From NCBI GenBank assembly GCA_963727925.1, contig CAVSIS010000040.1, positions 113,936 through 177,935 of the forward strand: 64,000 nt of DNA, written 5' to 3'. Below are positions 1-9,382 of the stretch, piece after piece. Position numbers and translations under genes: made by a program. The DNA is from an uncultured Acidobacteriota bacterium. GTDB taxonomy: Bacteria; Acidobacteriota; Thermoanaerobaculia; Thermoanaerobaculales; Sulfomarinibacteraceae. The notes beneath the pieces are model-generated. The model was given only the letters and a program-made list of their open reading frames with translations. It did no database searches and was not told the origin of the DNA. Position 1 is the first letter of the stretch, and every line of letters begins with the position of its first letter.

Positions 1-315
1 GGCCTTGAACCCCTCGAGCCACGCATCGTCCATCTTCGACTTGGTCGCCTTGTTGGTCATGAAGTGCATGACCATCTTCTTGGCACCGGCAGTGGCGAGG
101 ACTCCCGCCGAGTTGTGGCTCGGGCTGGTCAGGTACAGCCCGGCAACGTAGACCTTGATCCAGAGCTTCTTGCGCAGCCCCATGCCGTTGAGCTGCAGGG
201 TCTGGTCGCCGACGGTGGCCCGATCGGCCATTGTGACGCCGGCGAGCTCCCCCGCCCACACAGTCGGCGCGGCCAGGACCGCAATCACGAGCAGGGTGAC
301 CAGATTCCGCTTCAT
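1..315 (-). CDS. chalcone isomerase-like secreted protein (partial; 3' end runs off window)
   Basis: Own minus-strand translation from the ATG at 315, with GGAGG upstream. It reads MKRNLVTLLVIAVLAAPTVWAGELAGVTMADRATVGDQTLQLNGMGLRKKLWIKVYVAGLYLTSP... This shows a signal peptide plus the G-x-R-x-K-x(3)-KVY-x(2)-GLYL pattern of bacterial chalcone-isomerase-like proteins. It is absent from the ORF track because there is no stop in the window. Confidence 0.7.
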   Translation of the reverse strand, partial: MKRNLVTLLVIAVLAAPTVWAGELAGVTMADRATVGDQTLQLNGMGLRKKLWIKVYVAGLYLTSPSHNSAGVLATAGAKKMVMHFMTNKATKSKMDDAWLEGFKA

Positions 316-395
316 GCTGAGCCTCCTTCTCGGTAATCCGTGATGAACGGCGGCATTGTACCTTAGCGACCGATCTCAGGTACGCCCGTGCTCCC

Positions 396-1580
396 TCAGA
401 CGGCGACCCTTCGTGCCCGCCGCAGAGTCCTCCGGGCCCTGCGATCCAACCTCCAGAGCATGAGCAGATGACGGAGGCGATTGCTGCGAACCGCCCACTC
501 GCCGCCGAGCAGCGCCGCGAGACCCGACGACCTCCTCGCCTCCCTCAGCGCGTCGCTGAGCTGGCCGACCGCGGCCACGCGGGCCAAGACGCGCTCCAAG
601 TAGGCGTCGAGATAGACGGTCTGGCGTCCCAGGGTCACCGTCGCGCCAAGCTCTCCGCGGCCGACCGGGCGACCCGCCTTGAGGGCGAGATCCAGCTCCC
701 AGGCCGCCGATGCGGCGTGCGCGAGGCCCGACGAGGTGACCGACGGCAAACCGGGGCCGCCACAGCCGCCGGCCTCGCCAACCGCGACCCAGCCCGAGCC
801 GGCATACGCGCGAAGATTGAGCCCGACCGACACCGGCTTCCCCTGCACCGCGACGACCTCTGCCCCGGTCCAGCCGACCGTCGCCAGAAGGCCGCGGAAC
901 CAGTCGGTCGGATCGGAGGGTGGGGTGAGTTCGCCGCGGACCACAGCTCGGATGACCCCCCCCTCGACCGGGTGCCACTGAATCCAGTGACGTTCCAGGA
1001 TCGCGAGATCGTGGTCTGAGTCCGGTTCGCGGCCACTCAACGCAACGAACCGAAGACGGGGCGGACCGTGCCGGGGCAGGACCTGGCCGAGAATGTGTGG
1101 GATCAGCGCTTCGGGGCCGGTGGCATCGACCACCGCTGACGCTGCAAGATCGCACACGGCCCCCGCGGCGTCCCGGGCGCGCATCCCGACCACCCGTTCA
1201 CCGTCCCACAGTGGAGCGAAGGCGGTGAGGCCGTCGAGCAGCTCGACCCCCGCAGCGGCAGCCCCGTCACCCATGGCAACGACCGCCTGCTCGCGGGCGA
1301 TGGTTCGCCATTCGGTGGCAAGCTCGACCCGCTCGCCGACGCAGCTCACGCGAAGCGCCCTCGTGACGCGAAAGTCCGGGCACGATGCGAGGGACTCGAG
1401 CCATCCGAGCTCGCTGAGCACCTCGAGCCCCGGTGGCGTCAGCACGAGCCCGTCACGCCGCGGCGACCGATCCCGGTCGATCGCCGTCACCCGGTGGCCC
1501 GCCCGGGCGAGCAGCCCGGCCGCGACCAGACCCGCCGGACCGCAGCCGATGACCAGGACGTCGCAGCGCCGATCGGCCAT
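396..1580 (-). CDS. FAD-dependent oxidoreductase (geranylgeranyl reductase-like)
   Basis: ORF 396..1697. The dinucleotide-binding motif DVLVIGCGPAGLVAAGLLARAGHRVTAIDRD sits right after the internal Met at 1580, which I take as the start. The upstream 39 codons look non-coding. Confidence 0.8.
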   Translation of the reverse strand: MADRRCDVLVIGCGPAGLVAAGLLARAGHRVTAIDRDRSPRRDGLVLTPPGLEVLSELGWLESLASCPDFRVTRALRVSCVGERVELATEWRTIAREQAVVAMGDGAAAAGVELLDGLTAFAPLWDGERVVGMRARDAAGAVCDLAASAVVDATGPEALIPHILGQVLPRHGPPRLRFVALSGREPDSDHDLAILERHWIQWHPVEGGVIRAVVRGELTPPSDPTDWFRGLLATVGWTGAEVVAVQGKPVSVGLNLRAYAGSGWVAVGEAGGCGGPGLPSVTSSGLAHAASAAWELDLALKAGRPVGRGELGATVTLGRQTVYLDAYLERVLARVAAVGQLSDALREARRSSGLAALLGGEWAVRSNRLRHLLMLWRLDRRARRTLRRARRVAV

Positions 1581-1682
1581 GATTGACCATACCCCCGCCG
1601 CGGGCGGTTGGAAACGGTGGCATCGGGGTCCCTTCGACGGATCGTGGCAGAGTCTTGCCAAGGCGCGGCGAATCGGAGAGAA

Positions 1683-1700
1683 TGAATGAGTGTTCATTCA
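1683..1700. promoter_or_regulatory. AT-rich palindrome TGAATGA-gtgt-TCATTCA (candidate operator)
   Basis: Perfect 7-bp inverted repeat in the divergent region between the oxidoreductase (start 1580) and the beta-oxidation operon (start 2015). It stands out against the GC-rich background. Confidence 0.3.
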
Positions 1701-2014
1701 CCGTCCGCCTCTACCGTCGCAAGGCTCACCTGGCACGTGCGAGGCACCACACTACCCACGTCTCTCGCTCCGCCCCGTTACGAGACCCAATGACCTGTCC
1801 GCACGGAGCCATCGATCCGCGAAGCGGCGCGGCGCGTCGGTCGACGCGCCCCGTTCGCCCGGCGGACCGAGTGTCCCCACGGGTGCGCGGACTGGTGATC
1901 GCCGCAGGGGCGCGGCACGAGGTGTGGGCCAGAACCTGACCTGGAGGTCGAGCCTTCAGATGCGCTGAGGCGCGGATGGTACAAACCACAGGTCGGACGT
2001 CGGGAGGTTGATCC

Positions 2015-4435
2015 ATGCGCAGAGAAATTCGCAGGGTCGCCGTGCTTGGAGCTGGCGTCATGGGCTCCGGCATCGCCGCCCACCTCGCCAACGCTGGCAT
2101 CTCCGTGCTCCTGCTGGACATCGTTCCTCCGAAGCTGAGCGACGACGAGGCCGCGCACGGCCTGACCGCCAGCGACAGCAGGTTCCGCAACAAGCTGGCG
2201 CTCGCGGGCCTGGCGACAATCAAGAAGTCGAAGCCGGCCCTGCTGTACTCGGCTCGCTACCTTCCGCTCATCGAGGTCGGGAACTTCGAGGATGACTGGC
2301 AGCGACTCGCCGATTGCGACTGGATCATCGAGGTGGTGGTCGAGCGGCTCGACATCAAGCAGAAGGTCTTCGCCCGCGTCGAAGAGGTCCGGCGCCCGGG
2401 AACGATCGTGTCGTCGAATACCTCGGGCCTGTCCATCCACGGCATGGTCGAGGGGCGATCCGAGGACTTCCGCCAGCACTTCCTCGTGACCCACTTCTTC
2501 AACCCGGTCCGTTACATGCGTCTGCTCGAGCTGGTCTCGGGCGAGGACACCCTGCCCGAGGTCGTCGAGGGTCTGGCCGAGTTCGGCCGCTTCCGGCTCG
2601 GCAAGGGAATCGTGTTCGGCAAGGACACCCCCAACTTCGTCGGCAACCGGATCGGCGTGTTCGGCATCGCGGCGACCTTCAAGGCCATGATGGACATGGA
2701 CTACCAGGTCGATGAGGTGGATGCCATCACCGGACCGGCCATGGGCCACCCGTCGAGCGCCTCGTTCGGGACTGTGGACCTCGTTGGTCTCGATGTGCTC
2801 GCCCACGTGGTCGACACCTTGCGCACCGGTTGCCCAGACGACGAGCGGCACGACCTCTTCGACATGCCGGAGTTCGTCACCCGGATGATCGAGTCCGGAG
2901 CTCTGGGCCGCAAGGCCAAAGCCGGCTTCTTCAAGGTCGAGAAGGGCGCCGACGGTAGCAAAACCAAGCTGGTCATCGACTGGAAGACCGGCCAGTACCG
3001 TCCCAAGGAGCGGCCCCCGATCCCCTCCCTCGGACGCGCCAAGGGCACCCATGACGTCCGCAAGCGCCTCAAGGACCTCGTCAATGCCGACGACAGGGGT
3101 GGCGCCTTTGCGTGGCGCCTGATGCGCGACTCTCTCGCCTACAGCTCGCGGCGGCTCGGCGAGATCTCCGACACCATCGTCGACATCGACAACGCCCTGC
3201 GATGGGGCTTCAACTGGGACCTCGGCCCGTTCGAGGCATGGGACGCGCTCGGGGTTGCCGAGACCGTCGCACGGATGAAGCAGGAGGGCGTCGAGCCCGC
3301 AGCCTGGGTCGATGCGATGCTGGCCGCGGGGAGCACCACCTTCTACACCGAATCGGCGGACGGAAGGAGCTTCTGGGACCCGCGCGAGAGTGCGTACGTC
3401 AAAGAGCCGAAGCCCGCATCGTTCATGGTCCTCGGCGACCTCAAACGCGATCCGAAACGGGTCGTCTTTGAGAACAAGGGAGCTTCTCTGGTCGATCTTG
3501 GCGACGGTATCGCGTGCGTCGAGTTCCACTCGGCGCTGCAACCGCGCATGAACCCGATCGACGACCAGATCAGCGAGGTCATGGCCAAAGGCCTCGAGAT
3601 CGGGCAGCGCGACTTTCGCGGCCTGGTCATCCACCACCAGGGCGAGAACTTCTGCGCGGGCGCCAACCTGCTGATGATCCTCGAGGCGATCCAGGCCAAC
3701 CAGTGGGCCCAGATCGACACCATGGTGAGGGCTTTCCAGAACATGACCACGGGGCTGCGCAAGGCGCGTATCCCGGTGGTGACGGCACCGTTCGGCTTCA
3801 CCTTCGGCGGCGGCTGCGAGATCACGATGGGCGGCGATCGCGTGTGCGCCGCAGCGGAGACTTACATCGGACTGGTCGAGGTCGGGGTCGGGCTGATACC
3901 CGCCGGCGGCGGCTGCATGTTCATGACCGAGCGAGTGCTGGAGGGCATCGACGAGCCGGTGCTGTCGAACCTCCCGTTCATTCGCATCGCGTTCGAAAAC
4001 ATCGGCATGGCCAAGGTCGCCACCTCGGGCGACGAGGCCCGAGAGCGCAAGTTCCTGCGCCCGCTGGACCGGGTCGAGCTCAATCGCGACCGCCAGCTGT
4101 GGGCCGCCAAGCGGATGGCGATCGGCATGGCCGAGGAGGGCTACCTACCACCGCTCCCGAAGACCTTCGCCCTGCCCGGAAAAGAAGGTCTCGCCACGCT
4201 CAAGATGATGCTGCACAACATGAAGCTCACCCACTGGATCTCGTCCCACGACGAGAAGATCGCGACCCACCTGGGCCGCATCCTGACCGGCGGTGACACC
4301 ACCATCAACGACCCGGTTGACGAGCAGACCCTCCTCGACCTCGAGCGCGAGGCCTTCCTGTCGCTGTGCGGCGAACCCAAGACCCAGGACCGCATCAGCT
4401 ACATGCTCGTCAACAACAAGCCGCTCAGGAACTAG
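2015..4435 (+). CDS. bifunctional 3-hydroxyacyl-CoA dehydrogenase / enoyl-CoA hydratase (HAD N-terminal, ECH C-terminal)
   Basis: 806-aa ORF with GGGAGG upstream. The N-terminal Rossmann motif is VLGAGVMGSGIAAHLA. The C-terminal crotonase-like region reads FCAGANLLMI...FTFGGGCEI. Confidence 0.92.
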   Translation: MRREIRRVAVLGAGVMGSGIAAHLANAGISVLLLDIVPPKLSDDEAAHGLTASDSRFRNKLALAGLATIKKSKPALLYSARYLPLIEVGNFEDDWQRLADCDWIIEVVVERLDIKQKVFARVEEVRRPGTIVSSNTSGLSIHGMVEGRSEDFRQHFLVTHFFNPVRYMRLLELVSGEDTLPEVVEGLAEFGRFRLGKGIVFGKDTPNFVGNRIGVFGIAATFKAMMDMDYQVDEVDAITGPAMGHPSSASFGTVDLVGLDVLAHVVDTLRTGCPDDERHDLFDMPEFVTRMIESGALGRKAKAGFFKVEKGADGSKTKLVIDWKTGQYRPKERPPIPSLGRAKGTHDVRKRLKDLVNADDRGGAFAWRLMRDSLAYSSRRLGEISDTIVDIDNALRWGFNWDLGPFEAWDALGVAETVARMKQEGVEPAAWVDAMLAAGSTTFYTESADGRSFWDPRESAYVKEPKPASFMVLGDLKRDPKRVVFENKGASLVDLGDGIACVEFHSALQPRMNPIDDQISEVMAKGLEIGQRDFRGLVIHHQGENFCAGANLLMILEAIQANQWAQIDTMVRAFQNMTTGLRKARIPVVTAPFGFTFGGGCEITMGGDRVCAAAETYIGLVEVGVGLIPAGGGCMFMTERVLEGIDEPVLSNLPFIRIAFENIGMAKVATSGDEARERKFLRPLDRVELNRDRQLWAAKRMAIGMAEEGYLPPLPKTFALPGKEGLATLKMMLHNMKLTHWISSHDEKIATHLGRILTGGDTTINDPVDEQTLLDLEREAFLSLCGEPKTQDRISYMLVNNKPLRN

Positions 4436-4450
4436 GAAAGGAGCGACACG

Positions 4451-5614
4451 ATGCGTGACGCTGTCATCGTCTCCGTCGCCCGAACCGCCATCGGCCGGGC
4501 CAAGAAGGGCAGTCTCAAGGACACCCGCCCGGAGTACTTCGCCTCCGAGATGCTGAAGGCCCTCGTCGCCCGCACCCCAGGTCTCGAGAAGGGAATGGTC
4601 GAGGACATCGTGATGGGCTGCGCCATGCCCGAGGGCGAGCAGGGGATGAACGTCGCCCGCCTGATCGGTTTCGCGGCCGGCTTCCCGGTCGAGGTTCCTG
4701 CGATGACCGTGAACCGGTTCTGCTCGTCGGGCTCGCAGACCATCGCCCTCGCCGCCGACAGCATCAAGGCCGGCAACGAGCAGATCGTGATCGCCGGCGG
4801 AGTGGAGTCCATGTCGATGGTGGCCATGGGCGGCAACAAACCGATCGCCTACCCCGGTCTGATGGACGATTTTCCCAACGCCTATGCGGGCATGGGCACC
4901 ACCGCCGAGGTGGTCGCTCGGCGCTTCAACATCACCCGCGAGATGCAGGACGAGTTCGCCTATCACTCGCACATGAAGGCCGCGAAGGCGGTGTCGTCGG
5001 GCAAGTTCGCCGACGAGATCGTCCCGCTCGAGGTCCGCGTCCGAAACAACGGTTCGTGGCGCGAGCTGACCTTCGACACCGATGAGGGCCCGCGCGCCGA
5101 CACCACGATCGAGGGCCTGGCCAAGCTGCGTCCCGTCTTCGACCCCAAGGGCACAGTCACGGCGGGCAACGCTTCCCAGATCAACGACGGCGCCGCGGCC
5201 GTGGTTGTGATGTCCCTGGACAGGGCGCGGGAGCTCGGACTCGAGCCGATCGCCTTCATCCGCGAGTGGGCCGTTGCCGGTGTCGATCCCGACATCATGG
5301 GCATCGGTCCCGCCAAGGCGGTGCCGAAGCTACTCGCCAAGACCGGCCTCAAGCTCCCCGACATCGACCTGATCGAGATCAACGAGGCCTTTGCGAGCCA
5401 GTCGGTCTACTGCGTGCAGGAGCTCGGCCTCGACCCCGAGAAAACCAACGTCAACGGCGGCGCTATCGCCACCGGCCACCCGCTCGGTGCCACCGGTGCG
5501 GTGCTGACCGTCAAGCTCCTCGGGGAGCTCCGGCGACGCCAGGGCACGAGGGGCATCGTCACCATGTGCATCGGTGGCGGCATGGGCTTCGCGTACCTGC
5601 TCGAAATGGCTTGA
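4451..5614 (+). CDS. acetyl-CoA C-acyltransferase (thiolase)
   Basis: 387 aa with AGGAAAGGAG upstream. It has the active-site Cys context NRFCSSGSQ, plus NEAFASQ and [14 protein letters not shown] and the CIGGGMG C-terminal motifs. It lies 15 nt after the dehydrogenase/hydratase gene. Confidence 0.93.
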   Translation: MRDAVIVSVARTAIGRAKKGSLKDTRPEYFASEMLKALVARTPGLEKGMVEDIVMGCAMPEGEQGMNVARLIGFAAGFPVEVPAMTVNRFCSSGSQTIALAADSIKAGNEQIVIAGGVESMSMVAMGGNKPIAYPGLMDDFPNAYAGMGTTAEVVARRFNITREMQDEFAYHSHMKAAKAVSSGKFADEIVPLEVRVRNNGSWRELTFDTDEGPRADTTIEGLAKLRPVFDPKGTVTAGNASQINDGAAAVVVMSLDRARELGLEPIAFIREWAVAGVDPDIMGIGPAKAVPKLLAKTGLKLPDIDLIEINEAFASQSVYCVQELGLDPEKTNVNGGAIATGHPLGATGAVLTVKLLGELRRRQGTRGIVTMCIGGGMGFAYLLEMA

Positions 5615-5622
5615 GCGACTCC

Positions 5623-5665
5623 GCAGCCGGCCCCGGCCGACTCCCGGGGCCGGCTGCGATTCTCG
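5623..5665 (+). terminator. stem-loop after thiolase (GCAGCCGGCCCCGG/CCGGGGCCGGCTGC)
   Basis: Perfect 14-bp stem with a 7-nt loop, 9 nt after the stop. The downstream tract (gattctc) is only weakly T-rich. Confidence 0.55.
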
Positions 5666-5775
5666 GCGCTGGTGATACCCTTCGAGCGGTCGCTCGCCGC
5701 CCAGGCCTCGCCACCTCTCCATGTTCTGGCGAGCTCCGATTAGATCGGCGTGCTGCCGGAACATCAGGGGTGCTC

Positions 5776-7089
5776 ATGAACGCAGTGATTGGCATTCGGC
5801 GTGAAACCAAGGGACCGTGGGAGCGCCGGGTCGCCCTCACACCGCGCCGGCTCGGACGTCTGATCTCGGAGCACGAGCTCGAGGTCCGGGTCCAGCCGTG
5901 CCCCCGCAGGGTCTTCTCGGACGTCGACTTCGTTCGCGTGGGCGCTCGCCTGACCCCCGATCTCGAACCCGCGAAGGTCATCTTCGGGGTCAAGGAGATC
6001 CCTCCGGACGCCCTTGTGACCGGCACGGTCTACGTGTTCTTCGCGCACGTCATCAAGGGGCAGCCCGCCAACATGCCGATGCTCCGGCGGCTCCTCGATC
6101 TCGGATGTACGCTGATCGACTATGAGCGCATCGCAGACGACACCGGTCGACGGCTGATCTCGTTCGGACGCTTCGCTGGTCTGGCCGGGATGACCGACAC
6201 CCTGTGGGCGCTCGGCCAGCGACTCCGGCGCGAAGGAATCGACACTCCGTTTGCCGGCATCCTCCCGACCCATGCCTATCCCGATCTCGAGAGCGCTCGC
6301 GACGCCGCCGCCGCCGCCGGTCGTGAGGTCGCCAACAAGGGTCTCCCGCAGGAGCTGCGGCCGCTCGTGATCGGGGTGACCGGTTACGGCAACGTCGCGG
6401 GGGGCGCGGTGGAGATCCTCCACGAGCTCCCCGTCCACGAGGTACCGCCCTCGGGGCTCCCCGACATCACCGCCGGCGACGGGCGACGGCTGTGGCGGGT
6501 CACGTTTCGGGAGCAGGACATGGTCGAGCCGATCGAGCCTGGCGACGCCTTCGACCTTCAGCACTACTACCGGCACCCCGAGCGCTACCGGTCGCGCTTC
6601 GCGGGCTATCTTCCGCACCTCACGGTGCTGGTCAACGCCACCTACTGGGACAATCGCTACCCCCGCCACGTCACCTGCGACGCGCTGCGCTCTCTGTGGC
6701 GTGGCCCTTCGGCGCCGCGGCTGAGGGTGATCGCCGATGTGTCGTGCGATATCGGGGGCGGTGTGGAGTGCAACGTTCACACGACTGACCCCGGCGATCC
6801 GGTCTACGTCTGGGAGCCCGAGAGCGGGAACGTCGTGCCCGGCATCGGCGGAAAGGGACCCGTCGTGCTGGCGGACGACATCCTGCCCGCGGAGCTCCCC
6901 CTCGAGTCGTCACGCGCTTTCAGCGACGTGCTCGCACCGCTCGTCCCCGCGATTGCGGAGGCGAACTGGGACGACCCCTTCGCGGATCTCCGGCTACCGG
7001 CCGAGCTCAAGCGGGCGGTTATCGTCCACCGCGGCGAGTTGGCCCCGGACTACCGCTACCTGCAGAAGCACCTCGAGCACTCGACCTGA
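5776..7089 (+). CDS. lysine-ketoglutarate reductase / saccharopine dehydrogenase (LKR-domain)-like protein
   Basis: In-frame Met within ORF 5266..7089. MNAVIGIRRETKGPWERRVALTP..., FFAHVIKGQPANMPML, LIDYERI and HPERYRSRF closely parallel the N-terminal LKR domain of eukaryotic AASS. The upstream part of the ORF overlaps the thiolase gene and is discounted. Confidence 0.8.
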   Translation: MNAVIGIRRETKGPWERRVALTPRRLGRLISEHELEVRVQPCPRRVFSDVDFVRVGARLTPDLEPAKVIFGVKEIPPDALVTGTVYVFFAHVIKGQPANMPMLRRLLDLGCTLIDYERIADDTGRRLISFGRFAGLAGMTDTLWALGQRLRREGIDTPFAGILPTHAYPDLESARDAAAAAGREVANKGLPQELRPLVIGVTGYGNVAGGAVEILHELPVHEVPPSGLPDITAGDGRRLWRVTFREQDMVEPIEPGDAFDLQHYYRHPERYRSRFAGYLPHLTVLVNATYWDNRYPRHVTCDALRSLWRGPSAPRLRVIADVSCDIGGGVECNVHTTDPGDPVYVWEPESGNVVPGIGGKGPVVLADDILPAELPLESSRAFSDVLAPLVPAIAEANWDDPFADLRLPAELKRAVIVHRGELAPDYRYLQKHLEHST

Positions 7090-7109
7090 ACGGTCGGACG
7101 ACCTTGCGC

Positions 7110-7136
7110 TTGATTTTCCGCGACCGCGCCGATAAT
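7110..7136 (+). promoter_or_regulatory. promoter-like TTGATT ... GATAAT (15-nt spacer, suboptimal)
   Basis: TTGATT at 7110-7115 and GATAAT at 7131-7136, just after the stop of the previous gene. It lies about 100-150 nt upstream of two intrinsic-terminator-like hairpins. Confidence 0.25.
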
Positions 7137-7207
7137 CTAGCGCGCAGACCTCGGCCAGGGTCCACATCGTCCGTGCGGCTCGAGGTCTTCGGAACTGCTG
7201 CAGCGCT

Positions 7208-7285
7208 GCCAGGAGCTCCGGCTCCTCGCGGCTTTTTCTCATCCCCCTCTACCGTTTCCGGGTCGCCTGACCCGGCTTTTTTTGG
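7208..7285 (+). terminator. tandem intrinsic-terminator-like hairpins
   Basis: The first hairpin is AGGAGC-tccg-GCTCCT followed by cgcggcTTTTTc (7211-7237). The second is CCGGGTC-gcct-GACCCGG followed by cTTTTTTTgg (7259-7285). Confidence 0.55.
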
Positions 7286-7667
7286 CCTGGAACGCGGGGG
7301 CGGGTTCTGCTACGGCTCACAGGAAGCGTGGATCTCGCGTCCTTCCGCTGTGCCGTCTCGCTCAACGTAGCTGGGCTACGCCTTCGCTCTCCGGCTGGCT
7401 GACAACGACGAGATCTACTCGGGCCTCGCGCGCCTCGTCACGAACCGTCTCCCGACCATTAGGCCTCGGGGCAGCAGGAAACGGGGCTGGGCCTCCGCTT
7501 GGTCGTTCACGCTCCACCCCTGAGAACTTGTGCATGTTCGTGGGCTTCATTTCTTGATCTGCGATGCGAATGGGTGCAGCGCATCCGAAGCAGCGCGTGC
7601 CGCACAGCCCCCGGCACACCGTCGCCGCCAGGGCCGCCTTGACGGGAATGTGCGGTGCGCGGTGCGA

Positions 7668-7828
7668 GTGTCCTGAGTCAGAAGTCTGCTGCCATCTCGG
7701 CGGCTGATTCCGCCGCTGGCGGCGTTGCTCCTCCTTGACGTAGGGCGAGGCTACGCCTGCGTCGTCGCGCCTTGCCAGCAGCGAAATCCTCTCGCCGACC
7801 AATGCAACGAACCTCTGACTCAGGACAC
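7668..7828. repeat. 15-bp perfect inverted repeat pair GTGTCCTGAGTCAGA / TCTGACTCAGGACAC separated by 131 bp
   Basis: The copies lie at 7668-7682 and 7814-7828. The second overlaps the stop codon of the 112-aa ORF. Confidence 0.6.
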
Positions 7829-8166
7829 TAGTAGGCTCGACCGAGGCGCTCGAGGGCCCGGTCGGGATCGCCGAGCTTCTCCGCGAGCGCACGTGCCGAC
7901 TCCCCGAGCGCGTCGATGACGTCCTCCGCCCGAGGCACCGGCCGGCCCCCGACGAGGTAGAAGGGGCTTCCGTTGGGGTCGACGTAAAGCCCATCCGGCG
8001 GCTCCACTACCTCGAATCCTTCGTATCCCGTCGGCGCGGCCTCGGCCTCCACCAGCGCCCACGCGTGGCGGTCGAAGTGCGCAACGTCGGTCGTCCCCGC
8101 CTTGGCGTCCTGCTCGAGCTGGCGCCAACCTGGCGCCTCCGGTCCGCCCCTCAAAAGCCACAGCAT
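7828..8166 (-). CDS. hypothetical protein (112 aa), co-transcribed with htrA
   Basis: The ORF starts 2 nt after the htrA stop (8171). Composition is coding-like and I recognise no family. Confidence 0.5.
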   Translation of the reverse strand: MLWLLRGGPEAPGWRQLEQDAKAGTTDVAHFDRHAWALVEAEAAPTGYEGFEVVEPPDGLYVDPNGSPFYLVGGRPVPRAEDVIDALGESARALAEKLGDPDRALERLGRAY

Positions 8167-8170
8167 TGCG

Positions 8171-9250
8171 TCACTCCCTTCGGTCCTCGTCGATCAGCGT
8201 GAGCGTCACGTCGCGCTGGCGTCCGTCTCGCTCCACGGTGAGCGTCACCTGGCGGCCGACGCCGGCATCCTCAAAACGGTACAAGAGGTCGTCAACACCG
8301 CTCACCGTGCGCCCGTCGATGGCGACGACCCGGTCGCCGACCACGATCTGCCGGCGCGCGGTCACGGTAAGCCCGGTGAGGCCGGCCTTGGCGGCGGGGC
8401 TGCCAGGCTCGATGTCGCGGACAACCACGCCACTGAGATCGAGCTGGTCGGCCCACTGATCGTCCAGGGGGACGATCCCGATGCCCGGGTGAACGGCTCG
8501 GCCGAACTTGATGAGCTGCGGCACGAGGCGATGGATGGTGTCGACCGGGATTGCGAAACCGATTCCCGCCGATCCCCCGCTCGGGCTGTAGATCGCGGCG
8601 TTCATGCCCACCAGTCGGCCGGAGGAGTCCAGCAGCGGGCCTCCTGAGTTTCCGGGGTTGATCGCCGCATCGGTCTGGATGACACCGCGGATCATGCGGC
8701 CGTTGGGCGCCTGCAGCTCCCGGCCGAGGGCGCTGACCACCCCGACGGTCAGGGTGTGATCGAGGCCGAAGGGGTTCCCGATCGCCAGCACCCGCTGCCC
8801 GACCACGAGGTCGCGTGAGCTACCGACGACGATCGGCTCGAGGTGCTCCCGTCCTGTAGGGACCTGGAGCACCGCGATGTCCTTCTCCGGCGCGTAGCCG
8901 ATCACCTTGGCGTCCGACTCGGTGCCGTCGGCCAGCGTCACCCGGAAGCGTGAGCCGTCCGCGATGACGTGGAAGTTGGTGACGACATGGCCCTGGTCGT
9001 CCCACACGAACCCGCTGCCCGAACCCTGCGGAATCTGCATCACGTCGAGGGAGAAGAAGTCCCGCTGCAGGGCTACGCTGGTGATGAACGCAACCGAGGC
9101 CGAGGCTTTGCGGAAGACCTGGATGGTCCGGATCTCCTCCTCGCCGAGGCCGCTCGGCAGCGGTTGGTTCGGGGCCGCGGCGCGCACGGCGGCCGGGGCG
9201 ACAGCGAGCAGCGCGGCGAGCAGAACACACGACCTCTCGATGCGACGCAT
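8171..9250 (-). CDS. S1C (HtrA/DegP-family) serine protease with C-terminal PDZ domain
   Basis: The catalytic triad contexts are TNFHVI, DIAVLQV and GNSGGPLLD. A PDZ-like C-terminus and a signal peptide (MRRIERSCVLLAALLAVAPAAVRA) are present. I chose the internal Met at 9250 as the start because GGAGGGAGG precedes it. Confidence 0.9.
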   Translation of the reverse strand: MRRIERSCVLLAALLAVAPAAVRAAAPNQPLPSGLGEEEIRTIQVFRKASASVAFITSVALQRDFFSLDVMQIPQGSGSGFVWDDQGHVVTNFHVIADGSRFRVTLADGTESDAKVIGYAPEKDIAVLQVPTGREHLEPIVVGSSRDLVVGQRVLAIGNPFGLDHTLTVGVVSALGRELQAPNGRMIRGVIQTDAAINPGNSGGPLLDSSGRLVGMNAAIYSPSGGSAGIGFAIPVDTIHRLVPQLIKFGRAVHPGIGIVPLDDQWADQLDLSGVVVRDIEPGSPAAKAGLTGLTVTARRQIVVGDRVVAIDGRTVSGVDDLLYRFEDAGVGRQVTLTVERDGRQRDVTLTLIDEDRRE

Positions 9251-9382
9251 GGCTCCTCCCTCCGGAGTCCGACGGGCTCCCAAGGGTAGGCTGCGTACCG
9301 GCAGGCGTCAACGCGTCGCCATGCCGTACACTGAGTTCGCCGTCAGGTCCCGCGCCCTGCGGCCCACCCACGGAGGCCAGCT

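Noticed and set aside
1778-3637. 619-aa minus-strand ORF
   Set aside because: It is entirely antisense to the well-supported 806-aa dehydrogenase/hydratase gene. Its composition is Arg/Ala/Gly/Asp-rich and low-complexity, with no motifs. This is the typical stop-codon-poor shadow ORF of GC-rich DNA.
5266-5775. 170-codon N-terminal extension of the LKR-like ORF
   Set aside because: It overlaps the thiolase gene in another frame and crosses the thiolase terminator hairpin. The family-typical N-terminus (MNAVIGIRRE) begins at 5776.
7362-7994. 210-aa minus-strand ORF containing CGTRCFGC, a CX3CX2C radical-SAM-like spacing
   Set aside because: It has no RBS or plausible start and its composition is Arg/Ser/Pro-rich. 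Only about 75 residues follow the Cys cluster, which is far too few for a radical-SAM fold. It also overlaps the 3' end of the 112-aa ORF. I treat it as non-coding.
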